A stretch of 64,000 bases of DNA from Patellaria atrata CBS 101060 (lineage: Eukaryota), in assembly GCA_010093705.1 (NCBI GenBank), contig MU006089.1, positions 291,570 through 355,569 of the forward strand, written 5' to 3'. This document shows, in pieces, positions 1 through 11,381 of this stretch. The notes beneath the pieces are model-generated. The model searched no databases. It saw nothing but the letters and a program-made list of their open reading frames with translations, and was not told the DNA's origin. The translations under genes were made by a program, and so were the position numbers. Positions within the stretch are counted from its first letter, which is position 1; each line of letters begins with the position of its first letter.

Positions 1-1
1 C

Positions 2-1954
2 ATATACGAAGCGCTCGTCAGCCGTGCTATCGAACACAAGCTCTCCGACCTCTTAACCCCCTCCGTTCTCCTTCCACTCCGCGCAAAAGCAGAACCCGCC
101 GAAGTTACCCCGACGTTATTTAAGATTCTGAGGATCCAAGACAGAGGATGGTCGAAAGAAGACTGGCAAGCATGGATAGATAATCTGGGTGTGGTGGAGT
201 GGAAAGATCTGATTGAGACCTTAGACCAGGGAGAGATCAAAGAATGGATTACGGGACCTGCGGATGATGAAGTGGATGAGGAAGGGATGGCGGAAGAGCA
301 AGGTTGTTTGCTAGATTCCTTTGAAATTGGAAATCTTTTGCTCCAGAACTTGCGGAACGTCAACCAAGCGTTATTACATTGCCGGGCTATCTTTGAGTCC
401 GAGCAAGATACAAAGGACATTTCTCGGGAGGAAATTGGCCAGGTTACCAGTGATATCGTAAAAGGACTCGACCTACTTGACGTTGCAGCTGCGTTCACTC
501 GAGAAACGAGCAAGGCCCAAACGGAGGAGTCGGTATTTGAACATAAGTATCCTGATCCTGCGACAGAATCATCAGATCAACATGAGAAGAAGAGTTCGAA
601 GAAGCGTAAACTGGATTCTAATACTAGCTCAAAACAATTACCTCCTCCCGATACAGATAGTTCAAGCAATCGAAATAGTATCGGAAGCAGACCGCAAGAA
701 CTGTCGAAAAAGCTTAAAGAATCCTTGATTTCTACTAGAGTACGCAGCTATAGCCACAAACATAACTTCCTCGCCCAGCCTACCGTTCCTGTAAACGACG
801 AGGACTATGAACTATACCTGAAGGATGTGTATAGGTTCGCGCGGCAAAGCGGCCTCAAGCGCAAACGCGCAATAGCATGCGTGATTGAAGCTGTTGAAGT
901 GCTACCTGAAACGTTGAGATGTCATCAACAGCTTTTGTTTGCGTCTCCATCAACTGAATTGTTGGATGGGAATTTGGAAGAACCTCCAACTGAAGATCAA
1001 GAAATGCCACTTATAGTCTCTGACGCGGAGACAGAGATCAAAACCCGAGCGCCAATAGTTCGTGAAGGGCAATTATTGACGCCGGTGGCAAGTTTTTCGA
1101 GGCAATATCCGGTAGAATTACCACATCCAAAACTGGAAGCCCCAGCTCGAAAGAATGATAACCAAACTGAGAGCGCTAGTAATGGGAGAAAAAAGAAGTT
1201 CAAGAAGGCCAAAGACATGCAAACTACACCTCAATCGAGTTCGTTGCAAAACTCATCGAAACCAGCTACTCTTGATGAATTTGACAGCTCTGATAGACGG
1301 AGTAAATCACTCCGCAAGCGAGAGAGAAAACGTGACCGCAAAGCAAACCAGAACCACTCATTCACTAACAGCTTACTCTCTGACAACAAGCGATTCCCTC
1401 AAGGCACGGTGACACCTTCGCAACATTTTGTTTCCACTAGTCCCGCTACAGAGGTAACCTCAATACTACAAGCACGATCGCCATCCCTAGAATTGGGTAC
1501 ATCTTTCTCTCACATTGGGCCGTCCATAAAATCATTTGAAAAGAGGTCTTCTTTTATGAACCAGAGACTGAACCTTCCTGGAAGGAGAATTATTCCTGAG
1601 AGTCCGGAAATTGGAGATAGCATTACTGTGTATTCTAGATCAAAGCGAGAGCGTGTCGATAGGGAAAATAAATCTAACTCGCAAAAGCACCTATTCGACT
1701 CGATCGCACCACAGACAATGCCTGGATCTACGGGTAAAGGAAATGAAGTCGAGAACTTCCTTACCCCCAATGGAGAAGCAATCCCCTACGGACTTCCAAC
1801 TTCCGCACGAAGACGTGTCTCATTTGATATGATATCTCCAATGGAGCAGCATTTTCCAAGCCCAATGATTCGCCCAGCGAAGCCGGCGATGAGGATTGGC
1901 CCGAATGCGAACAATGGAGAGAAGAGGGACCCTCTAGGGGAGAAAAACATTTAA
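2..1954 (+). CDS. Lys/Ser-rich, largely low-complexity protein, 5'-truncated by the window edge; probably the N-terminal part of the adjacent glycosylase locus
   Basis: Frame 2 is open from base 2 (IYEALVSRAIEHK...) to TAA at 1954. It contains NLS-like basic clusters (KKSSKKRK, RKKKFKK, RKRERKRDRK) and one helical segment (YLKDVYRFARQSGL). No start codon can be assigned inside the window. Confidence 0.7.
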   Translation: MYEALVSRAIEHKLSDLLTPSVLLPLRAKAEPAEVTPTLFKILRIQDRGWSKEDWQAWIDNLGVVEWKDLIETLDQGEIKEWITGPADDEVDEEGMAEEQGCLLDSFEIGNLLLQNLRNVNQALLHCRAIFESEQDTKDISREEIGQVTSDIVKGLDLLDVAAAFTRETSKAQTEESVFEHKYPDPATESSDQHEKKSSKKRKLDSNTSSKQLPPPDTDSSSNRNSIGSRPQELSKKLKESLISTRVRSYSHKHNFLAQPTVPVNDEDYELYLKDVYRFARQSGLKRKRAIACVIEAVEVLPETLRCHQQLLFASPSTELLDGNLEEPPTEDQEMPLIVSDAETEIKTRAPIVREGQLLTPVASFSRQYPVELPHPKLEAPARKNDNQTESASNGRKKKFKKAKDMQTTPQSSSLQNSSKPATLDEFDSSDRRSKSLRKRERKRDRKANQNHSFTNSLLSDNKRFPQGTVTPSQHFVSTSPATEVTSILQARSPSLELGTSFSHIGPSIKSFEKRSSFMNQRLNLPGRRIIPESPEIGDSITVYSRSKRERVDRENKSNSQKHLFDSIAPQTMPGSTGKGNEVENFLTPNGEAIPYGLPTSARRRVSFDMISPMEQHFPSPMIRPAKPAMRIGPNANNGEKRDPLGEKNI

Positions 1955-3243
1955 CACACTCTACTAATGATCATGAATCGGGAGCTGCGGCGGACTCGCA
2001 GTTGAAGATTCATGGAGCAGCGGTGGATACGAACAATCATAGACAGATACAGACCGCAGGATCTTCAAACTCCGGATCAGAAATGGATGCTCCTGGCGAT
2101 GACACTAGAGATCGCTATAGTCCAGTTGACTGGCACACAATTAATAGCTTTACCCAGTTTGAGAGGGGCATAGCTAGAAACATTGGACAATTACAGCATT
2201 CCTCTTCTCCCGCGCTGGAAACCAAAATTTTGGACCCTAATGGAAGTTCACAGCGGAGCGAGAATTACACAAGCGCCAAATCGGAACCATTTGGTACACC
2301 TCCGCTAAGAAACGGCGAGGAACACATACGATCTAATATCTCGGAAACCGAAGATCACTCCTTCTCCGGTCTATCAGAACTATTAGACTCATATCAAGAT
2401 TCTCCAAAAAAAAACAAATCCACACCTACGACTCCACGAAAACAAACGGGCAAATACTCACATCACTTCCCGCAGCTGACAGAAAAGAAAAACATACGAC
2501 CGCCACCAGGGACAATTTCCTGCTTACCATTTCCTCCACTCGAAGCTTCTTCATTTGGACTTATACAAGAAAAACTAGCGGCCGATCCCTTCATTCTACT
2601 AGTAGCAGTTGTATTCCTCAATAAAACAAAGGGAACGGCAGCAATACCTAAATTCTGGCAGTTAATCGAACGTTACCCTACTCCAGAAGCGCTTGCTGAA
2701 GCCGACAGCTGTGAGCTTACGGACATAATACAACAATTGGGCCTCCAGAACGAGCGGGCGAAAACACTTATCAATCTGGCCAATGTATGGGTTGCAGATC
2801 CCCCCTCGAAGGGAAGGAGACATAGAAAACTCAATTACCCTGAGCCTAGAGAGGGGTGCAATATTCTTCCAAGAGAAATACTCAAAGACGACGACGAGCG
2901 CTTCGGAGCGTGGGAGATTGCCCATCTACCTGGCTGCGGTGCATATGCCCTGGACAGTTGGCGCATCTTTTGCCGTGATAAACTCCGGGGCCTTGCTCTA
3001 GACTGGAATGGAACAGGTGCCGGCAGTCCATTTCAACCAGAGTGGATGAGAGTGGTCCCCAAGGATAAGGAGCTCAGGGCTTTTCTTCGATGGATGTGGT
3101 TGAAGCATGGATGGACGTGGGATCCAAAGACTGGCCGCAAAGAGAGAACTACGTTCGAGCTCCAGCAACAGGCCAAGGCTGGAGATATTGTGTGGGATTT
3201 ACAGAAGAGTCAACAGGTCGGTGTTACCAAGGAGTCGGATTGA
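1828..3243 (+). CDS. MBD4-like HhH-GPD DNA glycosylase domain (G/T mismatch glycosylase family)
   Basis: FGLIQEKLAADPFILLVAVVFLNKTKG...YPTPEALAEA...LGLQNERA...HLPGCGAYALDSWRIF matches the MBD4 catalytic HhH fold. Frame 1 is open from 1828; the first in-frame ATG is at 2083. Confidence 0.85.
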   Translation, partial: YDISNGAAFSKPNDSPSEAGDEDWPECEQWREEGPSRGEKHLTHSTNDHESGAAADSQLKIHGAAVDTNNHRQIQTAGSSNSGSEMDAPGDDTRDRYSPVDWHTINSFTQFERGIARNIGQLQHSSSPALETKILDPNGSSQRSENYTSAKSEPFGTPPLRNGEEHIRSNISETEDHSFSGLSELLDSYQDSPKKNKSTPTTPRKQTGKYSHHFPQLTEKKNIRPPPGTISCLPFPPLEASSFGLIQEKLAADPFILLVAVVFLNKTKGTAAIPKFWQLIERYPTPEALAEADSCELTDIIQQLGLQNERAKTLINLANVWVADPPSKGRRHRKLNYPEPREGCNILPREILKDDDERFGAWEIAHLPGCGAYALDSWRIFCRDKLRGLALDWNGTGAGSPFQPEWMRVVPKDKELRAFLRWMWLKHGWTWDPKTGRKERTTFELQQQAKAGDIVWDLQKSQQVGVTKESD

Positions 3244-4141
3244 GTAAGTTTTTCTTATTGGAGGTGGATATGTTATCCCTTGACTTGTCAGGGCTTCCTC
3301 AGTCTGCTATACAATACACTCAGCCATAGGACAGGCTATTCAGCAAAACACAAAAAACGAGGTCATTAAAAGAACTAAAGTTTGCCACAATTCCTTTAGA
3401 TGTAGAGCAAGCGTACGGAGTGCCTACAATGAGAAAGGAGAGATGATAGATGTTTACATGAGCATGGAGGTGGTCAATTTCATTTAGCGTGCAGGTCGTT
3501 GTTTGCTGGCAATGTAGCGCAACTAGGGACCGCTGTTATGCATCAGCTGGCCTAAAAACATCTATGGTCGTCTTTCCTACATAGATACCTAGATCTCTCA
3601 TTCCTCTAGCATTTCTAATGTTTTCTTTGCGGAGTTTTACTGTCTTGGTGGACGGCAGTGGGGACATTATGTGTCAAAAACTCTTATACCCCCAACTGGA
3701 TCTCAATTCCAACTTTGTATACAGCTTGAAATAGAATCCCAAAGTATCTAAAATATCGAGTTGAAGCATGAGTGATGCCGGTTCGCCAAGCCAACAGCAC
3801 GTCTTTGCAGACCACGTCACGGGCCCGGCCACCTCCAACTTTCGAACCTTCCATCTCACGATAATCGGCCGTTCTAACATATCAAATCCTCCAACATAGA
3901 GACAATCAGCCATTCACGGTCTTCCGTATCCTTATATAGACTCGCACCAGTCGGGCAGCAACAGGGAAACCGAGGCGTGGCGTGGATTTTGAATGTGCCC
4001 GCTATCCAATCACAACGTCCGTTGCGCTCTGTAACCGCCAGACGCTGTGCTCTTCAGTTACGTTACCGGGTTCCTAAGCCCGAATCGCTCACCAACATAG
4101 AGTCACCGATATTTCTGCTGTCTATATGATCGCTAGATATC

Positions 4142-6883
4142 ATGTCATCAAGAGATTCAGATCCCCCCAGGCGTCGGAGGAAAGAATACGACGCAAAACC
4201 CAAGGACAAGGACAGGGACAAGGAGCGCCATCGAAGTCATAAATCTTCACGCCGCAAATCTGAAAAAGACCCTGAGCGTGAATCCAGCACGCGCGACCGT
4301 TCTCCGCCTACCCGCACTCGGTCGCATACACACTCGCATAAGAAGATGGCAGTATCGATTCCCGAGATGGAACGGCGGGCTTCCACCGCGTCGCCTGGCG
4401 CTTCTAGGACGAGTCTTCCGTATCCTAGCTTCTCGAAAGCACATAGTAAGGAGGCTGTCCGGAGTAAAGAAGAGTTTCCGACTCAGCCTAAAGTATCAAT
4501 GTACACTCCAGATCCAACAGATCTCGGCCAGGGAGACGAAACAAGTGAGGATATACCAAAAACGGGAACGCAGCAGACCGCAGGCGGAGGAGAAGCACCA
4601 CCTAGTCCACCGCTCACCGCAGTAGAGCCGGAGCTAAGAAGAACGAGCAGTGGTAACAGCATGAGGAGAGTGACAGTGGAAGTGGGCTCGGACGTGGAGG
4701 CCAGAAGAAAAATGTCTAAAGAGGGGTTGAGAGCGTCGTCGAGACCCAGGTCGTCAGCTTCAAAGTCAAGTTTGGGACAGACGGTGCAGATTATAGACGA
4801 TGGGTCTCAACTATCAGGTATTACGGAATCCTCGAAACCGAGCACTGTGCGGGAAGTGTCACCGATGGTTGTAATACTAGGAGATGGCTCTGGACTAGGT
4901 GCCCATGGAAGGAGGAGTAATCGGACGCCATCCGGGATAGGCTCGCAACGGAACTCCATAGTTACCCAGTCGACTACAGACTCTGACGCGACATCCATCG
5001 CTCCTGAGCGAAAAGCACAACCCAGACCCCCCGCGCTAATCAACCACAATGAGTCTTCCCCTCTATCTATCATGGAATCGTCTCCACGGACACCGACACC
5101 TCGAGACGTTACCTTTCCCCCTGTCGACCCAGACCAGAAAGATCCACCGATGGTTCAGATCTTCACAGACGATGACTTCCGAGCTCAATCCGTAGGAGCA
5201 ATGCATGCCCCCCCACCCCCTCCACCTCCTCCACCGCCTCCACCGCCCCCAACGATGAATACTGCAGATTTACCTCGTGTTGACTATCTACTTCACAACG
5301 GCGGGTTATCACAGCCACTCCCTAAGAACATGCTATCAGCAGTAACCCCGTCCGCCCCAGTCACCACTTACCATCAATATCAATCTCCTCGTATTGGCGA
5401 TCAAAACCCCCGTCTAAACGTCCAACAATTTTTCGCTCCAATCATAAATGTACTAGACGGTTACTCTCAGGTTCTCTCCAAAAATGGATCGATAGCAGTA
5501 GCGACGGGATATCGCTCTGTAGCGCGGCGTCTATTAGACCGGCTTGAGGCTGTATTTGCTCGCAATATCTCATCAGAAACGTGCGACTGCATAATGTGTA
5601 GATCAAATCCAAACCGCCCTCTATCTGAGGAAGAGGATACTGGTCTAAGTTGGGGTGAAATATTAGAATATGTCTCGGGCCGGCGAGAACTACCAATGTG
5701 GCCTCCATTTTCGATTGCACCAAATTCGGATGGTACAGAGGGACTCGGAATTATAGGCATGGAAGCTCCCATGCAAAAGATGGACATCGACGTCCCAGAA
5801 GAGTATCGAGCCCATTACGTCCGGCAGAACAAAAAAACCAAAAATACAGTGCAGAAATGGTTGGCAAGTCAACCAGATATGCCTTCAAGCCCTCCTCAGG
5901 ATGTTGATGATAACACCCTCACATTTGCAATCTTAACTCACCTTGAACCGGAGAAGAGACCTATTTTCAATGCACTGCTACGGGGCATGTCCACTTTACC
6001 AGCCTCACGTGCTCCAACGCCGATGGAGAACCCAAGATCTGAGTTATTGCAAAAGACATCTCTAGCATTGCAACGACTATACCGTCTCACAGACCCTCCG
6101 CGGGATGCTGAATGCACGTTATACTTATTGAACAATCCAGAATTGCATGGCATATTAGTAACCATTGCAGCGGTAAGTGCTGGAGAATGGGATCTTCTAA
6201 TATCTGGGAGATTCGATGGGTTCTTGTGGAGCGGGGCAGAAGACCCCTATCCGCGTCCCTTTGATCCGGGCACAATTTCTAGAGGACCATCCAGAGGACC
6301 GGTAGCAACACCGCTTTCCAGGACAACGACTCCATTCAGCATGGGCATCCCCTCCCGAGGTGCGACGCCATTCCGAGTCGGAACTCCTCATAACCCCATG
6401 TTCATGCCTTCACGATCTCAAACACCGGCAATAGGTGCAGGGTTTGGTGCACCCGTGCAGATGGACGAGGAAACCGAAATCGCCGTCCTTGCGGAAGTTG
6501 AACGAGAAATATACCTCGGGATGGAAGCGCTCGAAGACGCTTTTGAGGCTTTACATAGCAAAGCAGAAGGGGTCCGACGCGCGCTACGTGAGAGGAGCAC
6601 CGGCCTAGCCATGGCCGCGCAGGCCCGTCGAGGCTCCGGAGCCGAAGACATCGGGGTTAGGCTTGGCACACCGGCTTCCGGCATTGGGGGCTGGGGGGGA
6701 ATGGGGTGGGAAAGTGAGACAGACGATGGGGTTGATGATAGGAGCGAGATCGCACCAGATGATTCGGCGAGCAATATAAGTTATAATAGAAGGAGGGGTC
6801 CGAAGAGGAGGCATGCGAGGGCGACGCCAGCCCCGGTGGAGGAGGAGGATGAGAGTGGAACGGAAGAGGTGATGGTAAGGTAG
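4142..6883 (+). CDS. 913-aa intronless protein of unknown function
   Basis: Long ATG-initiated ORF with a basic Arg/Ser N-terminus, a poly-Pro tract, a globular middle region with CDCIMC, and a C-terminal coiled-coil-like segment (AEVEREIYLGMEALEDAFEALH). Confidence 0.85.
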   Translation: MSSRDSDPPRRRRKEYDAKPKDKDRDKERHRSHKSSRRKSEKDPERESSTRDRSPPTRTRSHTHSHKKMAVSIPEMERRASTASPGASRTSLPYPSFSKAHSKEAVRSKEEFPTQPKVSMYTPDPTDLGQGDETSEDIPKTGTQQTAGGGEAPPSPPLTAVEPELRRTSSGNSMRRVTVEVGSDVEARRKMSKEGLRASSRPRSSASKSSLGQTVQIIDDGSQLSGITESSKPSTVREVSPMVVILGDGSGLGAHGRRSNRTPSGIGSQRNSIVTQSTTDSDATSIAPERKAQPRPPALINHNESSPLSIMESSPRTPTPRDVTFPPVDPDQKDPPMVQIFTDDDFRAQSVGAMHAPPPPPPPPPPPPPPTMNTADLPRVDYLLHNGGLSQPLPKNMLSAVTPSAPVTTYHQYQSPRIGDQNPRLNVQQFFAPIINVLDGYSQVLSKNGSIAVATGYRSVARRLLDRLEAVFARNISSETCDCIMCRSNPNRPLSEEEDTGLSWGEILEYVSGRRELPMWPPFSIAPNSDGTEGLGIIGMEAPMQKMDIDVPEEYRAHYVRQNKKTKNTVQKWLASQPDMPSSPPQDVDDNTLTFAILTHLEPEKRPIFNALLRGMSTLPASRAPTPMENPRSELLQKTSLALQRLYRLTDPPRDAECTLYLLNNPELHGILVTIAAVSAGEWDLLISGRFDGFLWSGAEDPYPRPFDPGTISRGPSRGPVATPLSRTTTPFSMGIPSRGATPFRVGTPHNPMFMPSRSQTPAIGAGFGAPVQMDEETEIAVLAEVEREIYLGMEALEDAFEALHSKAEGVRRALRERSTGLAMAAQARRGSGAEDIGVRLGTPASGIGGWGGMGWESETDDGVDDRSEIAPDDSASNISYNRRRGPKRRHARATPAPVEEEDESGTEEVMVR
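5207..5251 (+). repeat. CCN trinucleotide tract encoding poly-proline
   Basis: gcccccccaccccctccacctcctccaccgcctccaccgccccca encodes A followed by about 14 Pro. Confidence 0.85.
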
Positions 6884-7835
6884 ACGTTCAGGAGTCTACA
6901 TTGCCATAGGTAGTGGATGGTTTTTCCACGTTCAGAGCAGGTCCTTTGAGCTTTTAAGTTCGGGTATCTAATAGGGTAGTATAGGGATTGGGTTGTTTCT
7001 TCGTTGTACGTTTCCTACTCTTTTCCTTTCTTTCACTGAGTAGTTAGCCTTATCTGGACTTTTCTTTAACGGGCTTCCAGGGCGGGCATGTGGCGTCATA
7101 GGTGATGCGTTGCATATGGGCATCTTTGAATTCTAGGAAGTTATTGCTGTATACCAAATCTTCGATACCTATGGTTTTGGGTTAAGGCGAGTGAGTAAAT
7201 GATTATACCTGCTATGCTAGTTACAGTAACCATTGGTCCTGACGTGGCCGAAGCATTTGTTTACCATATTCCGTATTGTCCCTTGCATGATATGAATTTA
7301 CCTTTCGACCAATCTCCATGAGCGCGTGAACGAGAACACCAACGACGCGAAACGAAAGCGACAAAGCAACGTCAACGCGGTAACGAATCGATCGCTTTGT
7401 TTTGTTTTTGTTTTTTTTCTTTTCCATTTTATGGTTGCGGCCTGCTTTGCATTGCCACGTTGCAGTATCGTACAGTCCATAAGTGCAAAGTATAGTTGCA
7501 AACAAGTCTCGGGCATACTTTAGTATTGGATGAAACTATCTTGTTGAGCTCCTATGACATTGATAGAAGTCGTCGAATGTTTTATTTGTTTGGTTGATGG
7601 AGATTTATAGTCTGGAAGTGACACCTCCCACTTCCCCTCTCAAGGACCCCACGATTGTTATTACTGACTTACTGTATTATTCCTACGCAACCGGTGGAAT
7701 CTAGAGGCGATTCCAGACAAGGTTATCCATGCAATATATAAGCCCGGCGCATAAACAATCCGTGCGCGGATGATTGCACTGCTGAACTTGTCGTCAAGAC
7801 TTCTTTTCCCATCATATTTGGCTGTAGGGTCGTTT

Positions 7836-7853
7836 GTGTACTGTACAGTACAC
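7836..7853. promoter_or_regulatory. Perfect 18-bp palindrome built from TACTGTA/TACAGTA
   Basis: GTGTACTGTACAGTACAC equals its own reverse complement. It lies upstream of the kinase gene; the function is inferred, not shown. Confidence 0.5.
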
Positions 7854-7987
7854 CCGGAATACCTCCACCGTACTGTACCTTCCCCCGGTCGAGCATCGTG
7901 AAATTGATTCGCAGCCGCAGTGAGTATCTCTGAGAGCATTGGAGTATCAGGGATTGGTGTGAGAGCTGGAAACCAACTGTTCACGAG

Positions 7988-8068
7988 GTAAGTGTACGCA
8001 GGATGCGTGGGAGTCGCTGTGTTTGGGAATGTGGGTTCGTGGAGCTCGTGCTAATAATGTCTCTACAG
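7988..8068 (+). other. Candidate 5'-UTR intron of the Ste20-like kinase gene
   Basis: GAG|GTAAGT donor, GCTAAT branch point and CTACAG acceptor; 81 nt long, about 180 nt upstream of the ATG. Confidence 0.55.
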
Positions 8069-8251
8069 CTTCACCCAATTGTTTCACGACTATACGAATC
8101 TCACGTTTGCTGACGTCAATCCACGTCGGAACTCATTATCTTTTTCCTCCTCTCCCGAGCTTGAAAACTTGTCGACACATTCCCCTCCGCTCCAAGTGTG
8201 AAATTAAAAAACCGTGGCGCTTACTCGAAAGACTGAGAAGTCCTAATCACA

Positions 8252-10643
8252 ATGGTGGGCTCCATGGAAGAAAGTATGAATGGGATGGTCGATCCAGAGA
8301 AATTGTACACAAAGCAGAATTGCATTGGTAAGATACAAGGCTGCATGCTGCTGGAATTCAACTGACTGAATCAGGTGGTGGTAGCTTTGGCAAAGTATAC
8401 AAAGGGTGAGACCGTCTCACTCCACAAGTGTTTAAAACAGAAGACTGATTGGGGCTGAACAGAGTCGACAAGAGAACGGGCCAGTCCGTCGCCATCAAGA
8501 TTATTGACGTCGAGAACGCCGAGGACGAAGTCGACGATATCATACAAGAAATCTCCATTCTCTCGGAGCTCAACTCGCCTTATGTTACTAAGTACTATGG
8601 GTCTTACCTCAAGGGCTCAGACCTCTGGATCATTATGGAATTCTGTTCCGGCGGTAGCTGCGCCGATTTGATGAAGCCAGGACTTATACCAGAGGATTAT
8701 ATCACGATCATTATAAGGGAATTGTTGATGGGCTTAGAATATCTCCACAGTGACAAGAAGTTACACAGAGATATCAAAGGTGGGTGACTAAAATCTGATA
8801 TGGCTGTGTGTATGCTAATCAATCAGCTGCGAATGTCCTCATGGGTGCGAATGGTCAAGTCAAGCTTGCGGATTTCGGTGTCTCCGGTCAACTCTCTGCG
8901 ACGATGACAAAGAAGAATACATTCGTGGGAACTCCATTTTGGATGGCGCCTGAAGTTATCAAGCAGTCTGGGTACGATCATAGAGCAGATATATGGTCTC
9001 TAGGTATCACCGCACTTGAACTGGCACTAGGCGAGCCCCCTTACTCAGACATCCACCCTATGAAGGTGTTATTCTTGATTCCGAAGAACCCACCTCCAAC
9101 TCTAGAGGGGAATTTCAGTAAAGCTTTCAAAGATTTCGTGGAACTATGCTTGAGAAAAGAGCCACGGGAGAGACCTTCAGCAAAAGAACTACTCAAGCAC
9201 CCATTCGTGCGGAAAGCTAAGAAGACAACATATTTGACAGAGCTAATAGAGCGGAATGAGCGATATCAAGCGCGCCATGGTAACAAGAGCTCTGAAGATG
9301 AGGAGAGCGACTCTAATGACGAACCGGAGTCGAGAGACTCCGAGAACGAAGATCTCTGGGACTTCGGCACTATCAGGCCAGCTGCAGGTAGAGCACATGG
9401 GTTGAGAGCAATGAACGATGCAGGAGCGAATTCAAGAAATCGGAAACCCTCGCCCTTGGATCTGGGAATACTACCACCCTCACCACGAAAAGTGGATCCA
9501 TTGTGTATCGGCGTTGAAAATGCTAACATGCAACCGAGGGACACTATCAAAGCGCCTATCTCACCAATCCCACCTCTATCTCCAACAAAGACTCCTGTCA
9601 CTTCTTTTACACCCCAATCTCCGGCAGCTGCCGCAAAGATCCCATTACCTCCATCGCCAGAGAAAATAAGAGGGCCTACTTTCCCGCGCCGAGAAGCGAC
9701 CTCGAAGTCAATACCACCATCATCATCTACGCCGCAACTTGCACGACCTTCCCCTCAAGAGGAGGATGCATTCTTACAGCAGTCCATCGCCGCAGATATG
9801 GCCCAGCTCGGACTAGGGTCTACCCGTGAACAGTCACCATTAAAACCGGCTGATCTAGCCACAGATATGGCCCAGCTCCGACTGGACTCTACCCCTGGAC
9901 TGTCAACTCAAAAACCCGTTAATCTAGCTCCGGCATTCGACTTTCCGACACCACCAGCAAAACCTATATTCAATCCACAAGTTAAAGCACTTACGTCCGA
10001 CCGACCACAAAAGCCACAACCAGATAGACAGCTCTCGCATATCTCTAACATCTCACTACAACAGCAACCTCTTCCCTCTTTTGGCCCGCCGACACAGCAA
10101 TATACACAATCTAAACCGCACCCACTAGCTTCTCATCCTGTATCAAGTCCTCCAATTGATGTAGTCGTTACCAAGAGAACAGCTCCTGATCTTTCTCCCT
10201 CAAAATCGGCTTCCATTCCTCATCATCCCCCCTCAAACCATCCTCTCCCCCAGTATTCTCATCGGCAACCACAACTTCAATCCTCCCAACCCCAACCAGC
10301 GCAAAACCAGGCCCAGGAACAAGAAATCACTGCTCTATCCAGCGTTGTCCTCCCAGCACTCGAATCGGCGCTGCATCGACGCACCTATAATCTAAACCTG
10401 CTGCAACAACAGCAGAATAGGTTACAACAGAACTCCCAGTCCGGCCAGCAAAAGAAAGATATGTATCAGGTCATGGCTGCACACGAGCAAATCAAGAAAC
10501 TAGTGAACAAGGCTGCTAGACTGTTTGCTGAAGTAGATGCTTGGGATACGGCCCAACCGGTTGGTATGGGTGGGGAGGTGGTGGGCTTCCTGGAAGGGTT
10601 CTTAGAGGAGGTGTTGGTGAGGGTTGAAGCGGAGGATGAGTAG
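8252..10643 (+). CDS. Ste20-family (GCK-III, MST3/STK24/25-like) Ser/Thr protein kinase; 4 exons
   Basis: Exons 8252-8327, 8375-8405, 8463-8779 and 8827-10643 give [27 protein letters not shown] and [12 protein letters not shown], followed by a Pro/Gln-rich tail. Confidence 0.93.
9786..9932 (+). repeat. ~69-bp imperfect tandem duplication within the kinase tail
   Basis: [23 protein letters not shown] / [23 protein letters not shown] / LAP; both copies contain cagatatggcccagctc. Confidence 0.8.
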
Positions 10644-11381
10644 GCGAGTTTAGGGGTGAAGGTTGCGCTTTGGTGTGGCTTCGGTTGTAGAGGTATCTTT
10701 GGTTCAAGATGATGCTTGCAAGGCGTACTCGGTCCTGTCCTACTTTTGTGTTTTAGGGGGCATGGTTACGCATAGAGAGCGGATAAGGTAACGCTGTAAT
10801 GTGGTATACGTGACCATGAATTCATTTTAATGGATATGCTCTTGAATAATTATCACATCCTTCAAGATCATATGGTTTAGTCTTACTACCTTTGTATCAT
10901 TATTGAGTGCTATTATCATCGTGAAATACCTTATGAGTGGATATAGAAGTCATTTCGACCAATCGGAGCAGCCTCGGCTTCGCAACCGCATCATTACTTA
11001 CATATGCGATTAGGTAGGGTACACCAAACTTGTAATACTCTCAAAACGTCGGTTTTCGAGAAATTTATAAAGGTGGGTCTCTATTTATTGAATAATTCAT
11101 ATCTTACTGATCTCTCTGTTGTTCAATGCGATTCGATTTATGACTATGAGCATAGTGGGAGCTTCTACCGTACATTATCTTACTCTTTAGGAAGATGTCT
11201 CTATTTCCATTTTTCTTTGATCCAATTCCATACACGCTAAATTATCTCTATTGACTATTGAATTTGTTCCGGGACAAAATCTCTTGTTTCTACGAAGCCG
11301 TGCTTATCATAAGCCCGCCTGACTCCATTCACTTTGTCCTCTCTAACACCTTACTAGACTCTTCGCCTCGAAGTCATCGCC

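Noticed and set aside
8111..8118. TGACGTCA (CRE/ATF-like site) upstream of the kinase
   Set aside because: A single 8-mer is about the chance expectation in 64 kb, and it may lie inside the 5' UTR.
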